Shown: one piece after another, positions 24,001-31,596 of the stretch | Position numbering within the stretch: the first letter of the stretch is position 1 | How the letters are laid out: the number at the start of each line of letters is the position of its first letter | Virus record (IMG/VR): IMGVR_UViG_3300044518_000016 | Coordinates: 1 to 31,596 of that record | Reading direction: 5' to 3' (one strand) | Length of the DNA: 31,596 nucleotides | Source: a virus | Lineage: Duplodnaviria; Caudoviricetes | Translations under genes and position numbers: made by a program | The notes under the pieces: generated by a model | What the model was told of the DNA's origin: nothing | Database searches by the model: none | What the model saw: only the letters and a program-made list of their open reading frames with translations

Positions 24001-24195
24001 CTACGGCTCGTTGCGGGTGTCGGGGATGGGCTTATGGGGGTGGCGGACGTGGAATCCGTCGGCGGCTTCCATGTGGGCGAACAGCTTCAGGACGTCTTGG
24101 GCTGTGTCCGCGCCGATGATGAGGTCGGCGATTTCGTCGTCGGTGGCGGGGCGGCCGTCGGGGTGCTGGTCGTCGTGGATGGTGATCTCGGCCAT
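24001..24195 (-). CDS. Hypothetical protein, 64 aa
   Basis: MAEITIHDDQHPDG...; starts 2 nt after the upstream stop. Confidence 0.65.
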   Translation of the reverse strand: MAEITIHDDQHPDGRPATDDEIADLIIGADTAQDVLKLFAHMEAADGFHVRHPHKPIPDTRNEP

Positions 24196-24197
24196 GG

Positions 24198-24503
24198 TTA
24201 CCGCCATTCCCAGTTCTGTCCGGCTCGCGCGGCACGCCGGGCGGCGTCGCCAATCTCGACGGCGAGACTCCCCCATTCCCGGTCCATGAGCCGGTGCCGT
24301 GCTGCCTTGTGCAGGAGGTCTCCGATGCGGCCTGCCTCATGCGGGGGAATGCTGGCGACGTCGGCGAATCGGCCGCCGAACAGGTCGGAGATCTCCCGCC
24401 ATTCGCGGGCGCTGAGGACGTGGGCGAGGTGCTGGCCGAGGTTGCCGATCACCGTGGCGGACGGCGGACGGGCCGGGCCGCCGTGGCTGATGCTGATTCC
24501 CAT
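24198..24503 (-). CDS. Hypothetical protein, 101 aa
   Basis: MGISISHG...IGDAARRAARAGQNWEWR; AAGGA RBS. Confidence 0.72.
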   Translation of the reverse strand: MGISISHGGPARPPSATVIGNLGQHLAHVLSAREWREISDLFGGRFADVASIPPHEAGRIGDLLHKAARHRLMDREWGSLAVEIGDAARRAARAGQNWEWR

Positions 24504-24505
24504 GC

Positions 24506-24664
24506 TCAGTCCTTCTTCCCGGTCATCAGCTTCAGAGCGGCGACGGTGAGGCCGTGCGCGGCGGATTCGTTGCCCTTGTCGTGGGCGCGAGTGGCGGCCT
24601 GCGAGAAGACTTTGACGAGGTCGTCGCGGTTCTGGTCTTCGGCGGGAGGCTGCTTCTTGGGCAT
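24506..24664 (-). CDS. Hypothetical protein, 52 aa
   Basis: MPKKQPPAED...; AGGAG RBS. Confidence 0.65.
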   Translation of the reverse strand: MPKKQPPAEDQNRDDLVKVFSQAATRAHDKGNESAAHGLTVAALKLMTGKKD

Positions 24665-24672
24665 GTCTTCTC

Positions 24673-25176
24673 CTAGAGGTTGCGGTCGCTTGCGAGTTGG
24701 GCGGCCTGGTCGAGGAATCGGAAGGCCAGGAAGCTGCTGCCGTGCTCGTCGTTCCACTGCGGCACGGACTGGGCATCCCGGAATTCACGACGAATGGCTT
24801 CGAGCAAAAGGCCGAGCGCGGCCCAGACTTGATCGCTGCCGGGCGCCGCGTACTGGATGGCGCCTTCCAGGCAGACCGCGCCGGCCTCGTTACTCCGGGC
24901 GCCCTGACACCAGCCGCGCCGCTCCAGCAACTGGCGCGCCTGCCAGAGGATGGTCGCGATCGGCGTCCGGTACGGGCAGGGGACCGCGGTCTGCGGCAGG
25001 TGCGGGATGGTGATCTCGGACAGCGCGTCGACGGCCGGGATGTGGGCGGTGTTGACGGCGATCGCGGCGCCAGCTTGGGCGATGCGGTCGTCCATGGTGA
25101 GGGAGGCGAGGGCGAGCTTCTCGTCGAGGGTGAGGGCGGGCGCCCGGGTTGCGGGCGCGCGGGTGATCGTGGTCAT
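24673..25176 (-). CDS. DUF6197-like protein, 167 aa
   Basis: ARQLLERRGWCQG...AVCLEGAI...VPQWND motif. Confidence 0.75.
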   Translation of the reverse strand: MTTITRAPATRAPALTLDEKLALASLTMDDRIAQAGAAIAVNTAHIPAVDALSEITIPHLPQTAVPCPYRTPIATILWQARQLLERRGWCQGARSNEAGAVCLEGAIQYAAPGSDQVWAALGLLLEAIRREFRDAQSVPQWNDEHGSSFLAFRFLDQAAQLASDRNL

Positions 25177-25217
25177 GTGGGCATGCCTTCTGCGCGCTTG
25201 GCGCGTGGTGGGTGGAA

Positions 25218-25258
25218 GGGGCGCCCCGGTGCTGTCCAGGCGATGCGGGGCGCCCCGG
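25218..25258. repeat. Doubled palindrome GGGGCGCCCC forming an intergenic hairpin
   Basis: GGGGCGCCCCGG at 25218-25229 and 25247-25258; an 11-bp stem is possible. Confidence 0.65.
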
Positions 25259-25263
25259 CTGAG

Positions 25264-25437
25264 CTACTGCGCGGCCTGGCGTGCGCGCTCGATCTCCGCG
25301 CGGGTGATTCCGACGGCGAACGCGGCGCTGACAATCCGGTCGCGCTGTACGAGCTGGAACTCGTCGGGCTCGTCAAGCTTCGCGATCAGGTTCTCCGTGT
25401 TCGCCGCGAGCGCGAGCAGTTCCTGCCTGGTGGCCAC
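25264..25437 (-). CDS. Hypothetical protein, 57 aa
   Basis: MATRQELLALAANTENL...; GAGGAG RBS. Confidence 0.7.
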   Translation of the reverse strand: MATRQELLALAANTENLIAKLDEPDEFQLVQRDRIVSAAFAVGITRAEIERARQAAQ

Positions 25438-25459
25438 GGGTTCTCCTCGGGTTGGTTGA

Positions 25460-25816
25460 TCAGTAGTTGGTGTTGATCCAGCCGTGGACCTCGGCCGCGT
25501 TCGGCGGCGGGCAGCTCGGGCCCGGATCGCCGACCTCGGGGACACCCGGCGGCGGGAACTCGTAGACGATCCCTTCCTGGGCAAGGAGCCCAGACGCGGA
25601 CATGTGGCTGGTCATCCACTCGGCAGTGAACGAGCTGCGCGACGTGAACTCGTGCTCGTGGTACACGTAAGGCGGTCGGGGCACCGGACTGATCTTGGTG
25701 GAAATCTCCCTGACCGTATACACGGTCATGCTCTTGCCGTTGCGGTGGTTCTCGGTGAGCCAGCGATTGAGGGCTTTGGCGCCCCTCCGGGTGGGCTCCC
25801 AGCGTTGTCCGGGCAT
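25460..25816 (-). CDS. Hypothetical protein, 118 aa
   Basis: MPGQRWEPTRRGAK...; AGGAG RBS. Confidence 0.7.
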   Translation of the reverse strand: MPGQRWEPTRRGAKALNRWLTENHRNGKSMTVYTVREISTKISPVPRPPYVYHEHEFTSRSSFTAEWMTSHMSASGLLAQEGIVYEFPPPGVPEVGDPGPSCPPPNAAEVHGWINTNY

Positions 25817-25882
25817 GAGTGATCTCCTGTCTGATGAGTGACGTGGTTTGCCCTGGTATGGGCGGTCTGGTGGGTGGTCGAC

Positions 25883-26031
25883 ACCCGGTCGATGCCGTTT
25901 TTGCGGTGGTTTGGAACCCGGTCGCCTCATTCGGCACCCGGTCGGGCGACCGGGTTGGCTCGCCGCTCGACCGGGTGACATACCGGGGCATCTCGGGTGC
26001 CGACCGGGTCGCGACCGGGGGTTGACCGGGT
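25883..26031. repeat. clt-like locus: 8 copies of ACCCGGTCG in two orientations
   Basis: Forward at 25883, 25916, 25936. Reverse at 25947, 25968, 26001, 26012 (1 mismatch) and 26023 (1 mismatch). Immediately downstream of the traB-like stop. Confidence 0.8.
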
Positions 26032-26039
26032 GATTTGCT

Positions 26040-28139
26040 CTACTTGGCGAGCGCTTCGGCCAGCTGCTCACGGGTGTAGCCGTTCGCGTTGGTCAGGCCA
26101 TCGAGCGCGCCGATCTTGCGAGTTACGCCCGCCTCCGCTTTCCGGAGGCGAGCCTGCAGAACAGGCTCAGTCAGGCCTTGGTACCGATCGGGCCGGAAGG
26201 TGATCAGCAGCTCAAAGAGACGCACACTGCGAACCCGATCGACACCCGCAGCATCGAGAGCAGCGAGGCAGTCGGCCAGCAACTCCTTGGGGCCGCCCAC
26301 CACCGGTACCGCGTTGCCGTACCTGGCGGCGAACCCGGTCAGCGTGCCCGCGGCGATGCGCAACTGACGGCCGCGGAGGCAGATCTCGCGGAACTCGGGG
26401 ATCGTCATGAAGTCGGTCTTGAGGGTGACGTGACCCTCTTCGCCGCCCTGGTCCAGGACGACGACGCCCTTCTGCGAGTCGAGCAGCAGGTGCGGAGCTG
26501 CTCCAGCGGCGACTGCGTCGTCACCGAGGACCATCCGGGAGCTGGAGGCGCCCTTGACCCGGAAGCAGGCCCGCTTGCGGCATACCTCGCGCAGCAGAGT
26601 GGGAACGCTGTTGGCGTCCGGGCGTTGGGTGATGAGCAGGGCCATGCCGCCCGCGTACCGGCTCACACGGATATACCGGGCGATGGTCTCGACCAGGACG
26701 TCCTTGCCGCTGCGTCCGCGGTCCTTGCTCTCCGGATCGTCATCCGTCTTGATCTTCATCATGGCGGCGGCGTCCAGGAGTTCCTGAAGCTCGTCGACGA
26801 TCAGCAGAGTCAGGCCGCGCTTCCACAGCTCCGCCAGCTCGGGGGTGAGTTTGCCCTCAGGGCAGCGCTCCGGGGCCTCCTCGGAAAGCTGCTCCAGCCG
26901 CACGCCGACCTGCTGCATGTCGGCGATCAGCTCGTTCAGCAGGTCCAGGAAGGCGAGAACCTTCTCGGGAGTGTTGCCCGCAACGTATGAGCGGGCGAAC
27001 TGCTTGGTGCCAGCCCAGTCCGGACCAGCCTTCCCGGTAGCTACATGGACGGTCAGGTACGGGTCGAGAGCAGCCGCGGCAGCCACCAGTCGGGCCAGGA
27101 ACGATTTGCCGTAGTCGGGAAGACCGCCCAACAGGATCGAGCCCCAGACCAGCTCCAGGATCTGCCGGACCCCACGGGCATCGGTGCCCAGCGGGACGCC
27201 GTTCGCCCAGAAGTTCCACATCTGATGGGTCAACAGCGGCGACGGCACCTTCTCGGTGCCGTAAGGGTTGGCCTCGTTCGCCACCCACAGCACGACGCGT
27301 CCCTCGTGCCCCTCTTCGGAGCTGTCGGCGTGCATCTCTACCTGGGACTTCTTCACCCTCAGCGCCGAGGCCAGTTCCTCGGCGCGGGAGATCGCAGACG
27401 ACGCTTTCATGCCGCCGGGCAGCTCGATGGTGGCGGTCCACCCGGGGCCGGCAGGCTGGATGATGCCGACGAGGTGGGTCTCGTCGCGCTGGGCTTCGCT
27501 GATGATCCCGGCCTTGACCAAGGCGGTGACCAGGTCAGCCTCACCTCGCACCAGGGCAGGATCGCGCGGAGCCGCCCCAGTCGAGTCCTGCGAGTCCTGG
27601 CCGACAACAATCTCTGCTGAGGCGTCACCCCGGTCACGGCCGTGGAAGGCGCCGATACCGTACAGGCCCAGCGGGACGAGGAGATCGATCCAGAGGCTGC
27701 CAGTGACAACGCCGACGCCCACTCCCCCGCCGACCGCTCCGGCAACACCCGCGGTCTTGCCCACGAACCTCTTGCGATGCCGCTTGTACTCGGCACGGAG
27801 TTCGCTCCGGCGCTCCTTGAGCCTGCCTTCCGTGCCCACGTCGCCGTCGGCCTCGCGGATGGCCCGGTCGGTGGAAGCAATCAACTGCGGGTAGTCGTCG
27901 CGGTAGCGGTCGAGCCAGCGCCGCCCAAGCTGCCGGTAGCCGCGGAAGGTGTGCGGCAGCAGGGCGACGGTGGCGACCCGGTTGGTGTGGCCGGCGACCG
28001 TGCGGGCCGACTCCCTCCAGGACCGGGACGGCGCCTCGTCGTCCTTGAAGACGATCTCTGGGACGGTGTCGACGGTGTTCTTGACGAGCGTCAGCGTGGG
28101 GGCCTCTGCGGGCCGCTCGTCGTACAGCGGGGTGGCCAT
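26040..28139 (-). CDS. traB: TraB-like FtsK/SpoIIIE DNA translocase, 699 aa
   Basis: N-terminal hydrophobic segments, ELASALRV, Walker A GGLPDYGKS, Walker B LLIVDELQE, ITQRPDA, SSRMVLGD, and a C-terminal wHTH-like end (NANGYTREQL). Confidence 0.88.
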   Translation of the reverse strand: MATPLYDERPAEAPTLTLVKNTVDTVPEIVFKDDEAPSRSWRESARTVAGHTNRVATVALLPHTFRGYRQLGRRWLDRYRDDYPQLIASTDRAIREADGDVGTEGRLKERRSELRAEYKRHRKRFVGKTAGVAGAVGGGVGVGVVTGSLWIDLLVPLGLYGIGAFHGRDRGDASAEIVVGQDSQDSTGAAPRDPALVRGEADLVTALVKAGIISEAQRDETHLVGIIQPAGPGWTATIELPGGMKASSAISRAEELASALRVKKSQVEMHADSSEEGHEGRVVLWVANEANPYGTEKVPSPLLTHQMWNFWANGVPLGTDARGVRQILELVWGSILLGGLPDYGKSFLARLVAAAAALDPYLTVHVATGKAGPDWAGTKQFARSYVAGNTPEKVLAFLDLLNELIADMQQVGVRLEQLSEEAPERCPEGKLTPELAELWKRGLTLLIVDELQELLDAAAMMKIKTDDDPESKDRGRSGKDVLVETIARYIRVSRYAGGMALLITQRPDANSVPTLLREVCRKRACFRVKGASSSRMVLGDDAVAAGAAPHLLLDSQKGVVVLDQGGEEGHVTLKTDFMTIPEFREICLRGRQLRIAAGTLTGFAARYGNAVPVVGGPKELLADCLAALDAAGVDRVRSVRLFELLITFRPDRYQGLTEPVLQARLRKAEAGVTRKIGALDGLTNANGYTREQLAEALAK

Positions 28140-28149
28140 GTGGGGGTAC

Positions 28150-29523
28150 TCAGCCCTTCTTCTCGGAAGCGTTCTTGGCGGCGATGGAGGCCTGGCGGCG
28201 GGCGGCTGCCACGTACTGCTGGGTGTCGCCCGTGGTGCGCCGTCCGGGCCTCGCGGGCGGGTTGTAAACGCGCTGCTTCTTGGAGGGGGGCATTTGCGAT
28301 GCACGCTGCGCGTTTGTGGTCTTGCTGAGGGTGTTGACGGGCTTGCTCAGACGGGCCGCTTCGACCCTCGCCGTGGCCGCGTTGCGCATCCGCAGGGCCT
28401 CCGCGGACTCGCCCGGCTTGGCGCCCTCGACGTCGAACTTGGCGCGCTCCCAGACGGCGTTCGGATCCAGCTCGCCGAGGTCCGTCGCGAGCTTCACGGC
28501 GTAGTCCCACACCTTCGAGAAGTGCTCTTTGCGAAGCTCGGTCAGAGCCGCCAACTTCTCGGCAGCAGCCTGCTCAGCAGCCGCCTTCTCAACGGCCCTC
28601 CGAGCCTCATCGGCGGCCTTCTTTGCGGCCTCCGTCTTCGCGGCCCTCTCGGATGCCTTGCGCTCTCGGCGAGTGGGGACGCCGTCCCTCTTGCGGATCC
28701 GACCGTGCTCGTGGAGGTCCCACACGCCGGGGCCGAACACGGACGCGAGCGCCGTGCCGATCGCGGTGGCGAGGTCGAACTGCATGATGCCGTGCCCGAA
28801 GTTGACGCTGGCCGCGATGAACGCCAGCACCCACGTGATCAGACGGAAGTGCCAGAACGGCCGCTTGTTCGCCACCGCCGCCGCAGTACCGAACGCGACC
28901 ACCAGGGCGGCGATCTCCAGCAGGACCGGGGCGCCCGCCATCCACGGCTTGTTCGGGTTCCAGAACGCGGAGATCTGCACCGGCATGGCGACGGCCACGC
29001 ACAGGGCGTAGAAGGCGATCGCCCAGCCACGCCACTTCGCATCGGCCTTAGCGACGTCTTGGTCCTGCTCGGCCTGCTCGGCTTGGGCCCGCTCGGCTTC
29101 CTCAGTCTCCTGCTTCTGCGCGCGTTCGGATGCGGCACGCTCCCGGTTGGACTCGGCGATCCTCGCCTGGCTGGCAGCCTCTTCCTCGCGAGCCTTGCGC
29201 TCGATCTTGTCGCTGTTCAGCCGCAGCCGGCGCGCTTCCTCCTCGGCCTTGGTGCGGATGGCATCAGCCTCAGCCTCAGCGATCTTGACCTCGGCTTCCC
29301 TCTTCGCCTCGGCCGCGAGACGGCGCTCCTCAGACTCGGCCCAGGCCTGGGCGCGGATCGCTTCGGCCTTGGCCTGTGCGACCAGCTCGCTCCCAACCGG
29401 CGGATCAACCGGCGTGGAATCGGACGGTGTTGCGGGGGTGGCCTCTATCGGCTGCCAGTCCCCCAGCACAGGCGGGGCGGGCGGCCGGGCGTGGCCGTTC
29501 ACCATCGGCGGGCTGGCAGTCAT
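28150..29523 (-). CDS. Coiled-coil plus 4-TM membrane protein (SpdB2/DUF2637-like), 457 aa
   Basis: Long Ala/Glu/Arg coiled coil, four hydrophobic segments, basic C-terminus; directly upstream of the traB-like gene. Confidence 0.75.
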   Translation of the reverse strand: MTASPPMVNGHARPPAPPVLGDWQPIEATPATPSDSTPVDPPVGSELVAQAKAEAIRAQAWAESEERRLAAEAKREAEVKIAEAEADAIRTKAEEEARRLRLNSDKIERKAREEEAASQARIAESNRERAASERAQKQETEEAERAQAEQAEQDQDVAKADAKWRGWAIAFYALCVAVAMPVQISAFWNPNKPWMAGAPVLLEIAALVVAFGTAAAVANKRPFWHFRLITWVLAFIAASVNFGHGIMQFDLATAIGTALASVFGPGVWDLHEHGRIRKRDGVPTRRERKASERAAKTEAAKKAADEARRAVEKAAAEQAAAEKLAALTELRKEHFSKVWDYAVKLATDLGELDPNAVWERAKFDVEGAKPGESAEALRMRNAATARVEAARLSKPVNTLSKTTNAQRASQMPPSKKQRVYNPPARPGRRTTGDTQQYVAAARRQASIAAKNASEKKG

Positions 29524-29572
29524 GGCGAATGAATCCCTTCTGGACAGTGGGTGATCAGGTAGGTGGTGACGA

Positions 29573-29785
29573 TCAGAGGGGTCGGGAGGAGGACTGCTGC
29601 GGTGCACGGCGGGCCGCCTTGGTCTCGGCGCGCCGCTCACGGACTTCGTAGACGAGGCGGGCGGCGCCGTACCCGATGCCGACCGTGACCAGCGGGGGCA
29701 GGCCGGCGAAGTAGGCGAGGAGCGCAACCGGGATGCCGGCGAGCGCCATCGGCACGGCGTAGGAGATCCACATGCGCGGCGTCAT
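29573..29785 (-). CDS. Small 2-TM membrane protein (Spd-like), 70 aa
   Basis: WISYAVPMALAGIPVALLAYFAGLPPLVTVGIGYGAARLV; TGATG coupling. Confidence 0.7.
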   Translation of the reverse strand: MTPRMWISYAVPMALAGIPVALLAYFAGLPPLVTVGIGYGAARLVYEVRERRAETKAARRAPQQSSSRPL

Positions 29786-29970
29786 CAGTGGCTCCTCATC
29801 ACGTCGAGGACCAGGCCGCTGGTGGTGACGTAGATGCCGTCTTCGCAGACCACGCACTCCCAAAGCGGGCCCAGGATGCCCTTGCAGAGCTGCATCGGCC
29901 GGTGGCAGCAGACCGGCGGGGCGGCGGGCGTCAGACAGTCGCCCCTCTTGATCATGTCGATGGCGGGCAC
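29785..29970 (-). CDS. Small zinc-ribbon protein, 61 aa
   Basis: PVCC...WECVVC...SGLVLD; GAGGAG RBS. Confidence 0.7.
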   Translation of the reverse strand: MPAIDMIKRGDCLTPAAPPVCCHRPMQLCKGILGPLWECVVCEDGIYVTTSGLVLDVMRSH

Positions 29971-29993
29971 AGGTGATCACTCCTCTCAGTTGG

Positions 29994-30185
29994 TCAGCGG
30001 ATGGCGGCGAGCCCGGCATGGGCCCCGCACTCGCAGTGGGTGGGGTTGGTGGGGTTGTGAGCGCCGCATCGGGCGCAGTCCCAGCCGGGACGGTCGGCGC
30101 CCGGGTCGACGAAACAGCCCTGACTGTCGAAGTAGGCGCCGCCGTTCTTCGCGGCCGACACGGTCTTGCGACGGAACAGGCCCAT
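29994..30185 (-). CDS. Small protein with RanBP2-like zinc finger, 63 aa
   Basis: MGLFRRK...WDCARCGAHNPTNPTHCECG; GGAGG RBS and TGATG coupling. Confidence 0.7.
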   Translation of the reverse strand: MGLFRRKTVSAAKNGGAYFDSQGCFVDPGADRPGWDCARCGAHNPTNPTHCECGAHAGLAAIR

Positions 30186-30391
30186 CAGACGGCCTCCACC
30201 AGCACGGGCGCGGTCCGGCGGTGACGCATCCACACGACGCCTGCGGCCAACGCCCACACGTACATGGGGACCAGGCCGACGAGCACAGCCAGCCCGGCGA
30301 CCGCGAGCGACACCGGTGCCGCGGCGGCCGGCCACAAGCCGACGGCGATCAGATACAGGCTCACCGTGGTGAGCAGGATGGTTCGGAGCAT
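30185..30391 (-). CDS. Small hydrophobic membrane protein (Spd-like), 68 aa
   Basis: MLRTILLTTVSLYLIAVGLWPAAAAPVSLAVAGLAVLVGLVP...; GAGG RBS. Confidence 0.72.
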   Translation of the reverse strand: MLRTILLTTVSLYLIAVGLWPAAAAPVSLAVAGLAVLVGLVPMYVWALAAGVVWMRHRRTAPVLVEAV

Positions 30392-30479
30392 GACGACCTC
30401 ACGGAGGGTCGAAGCGGATGGTGGGGGTTGCTGATCGAGGGCCAGGGCCCGCGTGCGAGACGCGGACCGAGGGCTACGG

Positions 30480-30647
30480 TCAGCGGTGCGTGTTGCAGTT
30501 GCCGCAGTTGTCGGAGCAGCGTTCGAAGCGGCTGCCGGTGATCCGGTTCGCCGTGTCAGCGCCCTTCTCGCCGGCCACCTTGCGGCCCGTGCGGATCGCA
30601 GCGGAGGCGATGAAGTCAGCGGCCTGCGATGCCTGGCGTCCGAACAT
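30480..30647 (-). CDS. Small Cys-tailed protein, 55 aa
   Basis: Manual: MFGRQASQAADFIASAAIRTGRKVAGEKGADTANRITGSRFERCSDNCGNCNTHR*; GAGGA RBS. Confidence 0.7.
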   Translation of the reverse strand: MFGRQASQAADFIASAAIRTGRKVAGEKGADTANRITGSRFERCSDNCGNCNTHR

Positions 30648-30701
30648 GGGCTGAGATTCCTCTCGTGGGTGAGTTGCAGGTGGTGCTCAGCGGCTTGTCG
30701 G

Positions 30702-30887
30702 TCAGTCCGTCGCCCGGTACTTCTCCATGGTTTTGAGCGCGCTGATGTTGTCGAGGGCGACGTCGACGGCCTCAGCGGCCTGGCGGGCGCGCCCCGCATC
30801 TCCCCTGAACTTCGCGTCGGCCAGCGCGAGGCGAGCGTCGCGCACTGCCTGCTCTTCCTTGCGGATCTTGCTGTCGTAGATGCCCAC
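30702..30887 (-). CDS. Small helical protein, 61 aa
   Basis: MGIYDSKIRKEEQAVRDARLAL...; GAGGA RBS before GTG 30887. Confidence 0.7.
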   Translation of the reverse strand: MGIYDSKIRKEEQAVRDARLALADAKFRGDAGRARQAAEAVDVALDNISALKTMEKYRATD

Positions 30888-30950
30888 GGTTCGGTCCTCT
30901 CGGATTGGGGTTAGGTGGGTGGTCACCGGCGGAACAGGCCGGGCTTGCGG

Positions 30951-31145
30951 CTAGTCGACAGGCGCGCAGTTCGGGCAGTTCGGGTCGTCGCAGATGTCGA
31001 TCCGGCCGCAGCCGATCGCCTCCGACACGCGGTTCGCGATCCGGCTGCCACGCTCGCCGGCCACAGTGCGGCCGATCCGCTGGAGGTGTCGGGAGGTGAG
31101 CTCGCTGGCACTCGCACCCTTGTTGTCACGGTCACGACGGGACAT
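30951..31145 (-). CDS. Small Cys-tailed protein, 64 aa
   Basis: GRTVAGERGSRIANRV...CDDPNCPNC; AAAGGA RBS. Confidence 0.7.
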   Translation of the reverse strand: MSRRDRDNKGASASELTSRHLQRIGRTVAGERGSRIANRVSEAIGCGRIDICDDPNCPNCAPVD

Positions 31146-31187
31146 GGGATGGTCCTTTCGATGGTTGGTGTGGGTTCGAGCGGCCGG

Positions 31188-31358
31188 TCAGCGGCGGAAC
31201 AGCCCCTTGCGGTCGCCGTAGAGCCCGCTGTTCGGGTCGGTGGTGTGGGACTTGTGGACGCGGTAGCCGTCGCGGGTCTTCACGGCCGGGTCGTCCTTGG
31301 TGGTCGGGTGGCCGCAGGCCTGGCACGGCTTACCGGTCTCGTTCTTGAGCAGGGCCAT
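31188..31358 (-). CDS. Small putative Zn-binding protein, 56 aa
   Basis: Manual: MALLKNETGKPCQACGHP...GYRVHKSHTTDPNSGLYGDRKGLFRR*; AAGGAG RBS. Confidence 0.7.
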   Translation of the reverse strand: MALLKNETGKPCQACGHPTTKDDPAVKTRDGYRVHKSHTTDPNSGLYGDRKGLFRR

Positions 31359-31383
31359 CAGGGCTCCTTCCGTTGAGCTCGGG

Positions 31384-31557
31384 TCAGCGGCCTGTGACCT
31401 TCTGGCCGGACTGGATGTAGGCGGCGCCGCGGGCCATCTCGTCGCGGCTCAGGCCGCTGGCGAGGGTGTTGGTCTTGGCTGCGACCGGGTCGCCCTTGGC
31501 GATGACGGCGGCGGCGATCAGGGCCTGGGCGCATTCCTTGTCGGTCTTGCGAGCCAT
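31384..31557 (-). CDS. Hypothetical protein, 57 aa
   Basis: Manual: MARKTDKECAQALIAAAVIAKGDPVAAK...QKVTGR*; purine-rich leader. Confidence 0.65.
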   Translation of the reverse strand: MARKTDKECAQALIAAAVIAKGDPVAAKTNTLASGLSRDEMARGAAYIQSGQKVTGR

Positions 31558-31596
31558 GCGGATCTTCTTTCTGCTCGATGGATGATTGGTGGTGCG

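Larger units (their letters stand above)
1..31596 (-). mobile_element. Actinobacterial siphovirus-type prophage or phage-plasmid with a conjugation-like module (both ends outside window)
   Basis: Complete terS-to-TMP morphogenesis gene order, contiguous and co-oriented with traB/clt/spd-like genes. No host housekeeping genes or att-like boundary seen. Confidence 0.9.

Noticed and set aside
25883-26031. Repeat array as CRISPR or replication iterons
   Set aside because: Units are only 9 bp with irregular short gaps in both orientations. No cas or rep gene or AT-rich unwinding region is nearby; position after traB fits clt better.
26040-28139. FtsK-like gene as chromosomal ftsK, type VII EccC or a packaging ATPase
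   Set aside because: It has a single ATPase domain with TraB-like layout and spd/clt-like neighbours, and a terminase is already present.
27949-29532. 527-aa plus-strand ORF
   Set aside because: Antisense shadow of the coiled-coil membrane gene.

Overview
High-GC DNA with actinobacterial (Streptomyces-like) promoters and RBSs. It holds the central part of a siphovirus-type prophage or phage-plasmid, almost all on the minus strand. In transcription order (right to left): (i) about 31.6-23.5 kb, many tiny ORFs around a Streptomyces-type conjugation module, made of small membrane (Spd-like) proteins, a coiled-coil/4-TM protein, a TraB-like FtsK/SpoIIIE translocase and, right after it, a bidirectional ACCCGGTCG repeat array resembling a clt locus; (ii) about 23.5-19.8 kb, an accessory block with a divergent ribbon-helix-helix / stand-alone WYL switch with two palindromic operators, a lipoprotein and a DUF6221-like gene; (iii) about 19.8 kb to position 1, the late operon: promoter, small HTH gene, secreted GH16, hairpin array, terS, terL, a fibre module, portal, eight small ORFs, minor capsid, scaffold, major capsid, head-tail genes, major tail, tail chaperones with a -1 frameshift, and a tape-measure gene that runs off the left edge and is missing from the ORF track. 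No integrase, replication, repressor or lysis genes, tRNAs or CRISPR arrays were seen. All family assignments come from motifs read by eye and from gene order; no database searches were run.
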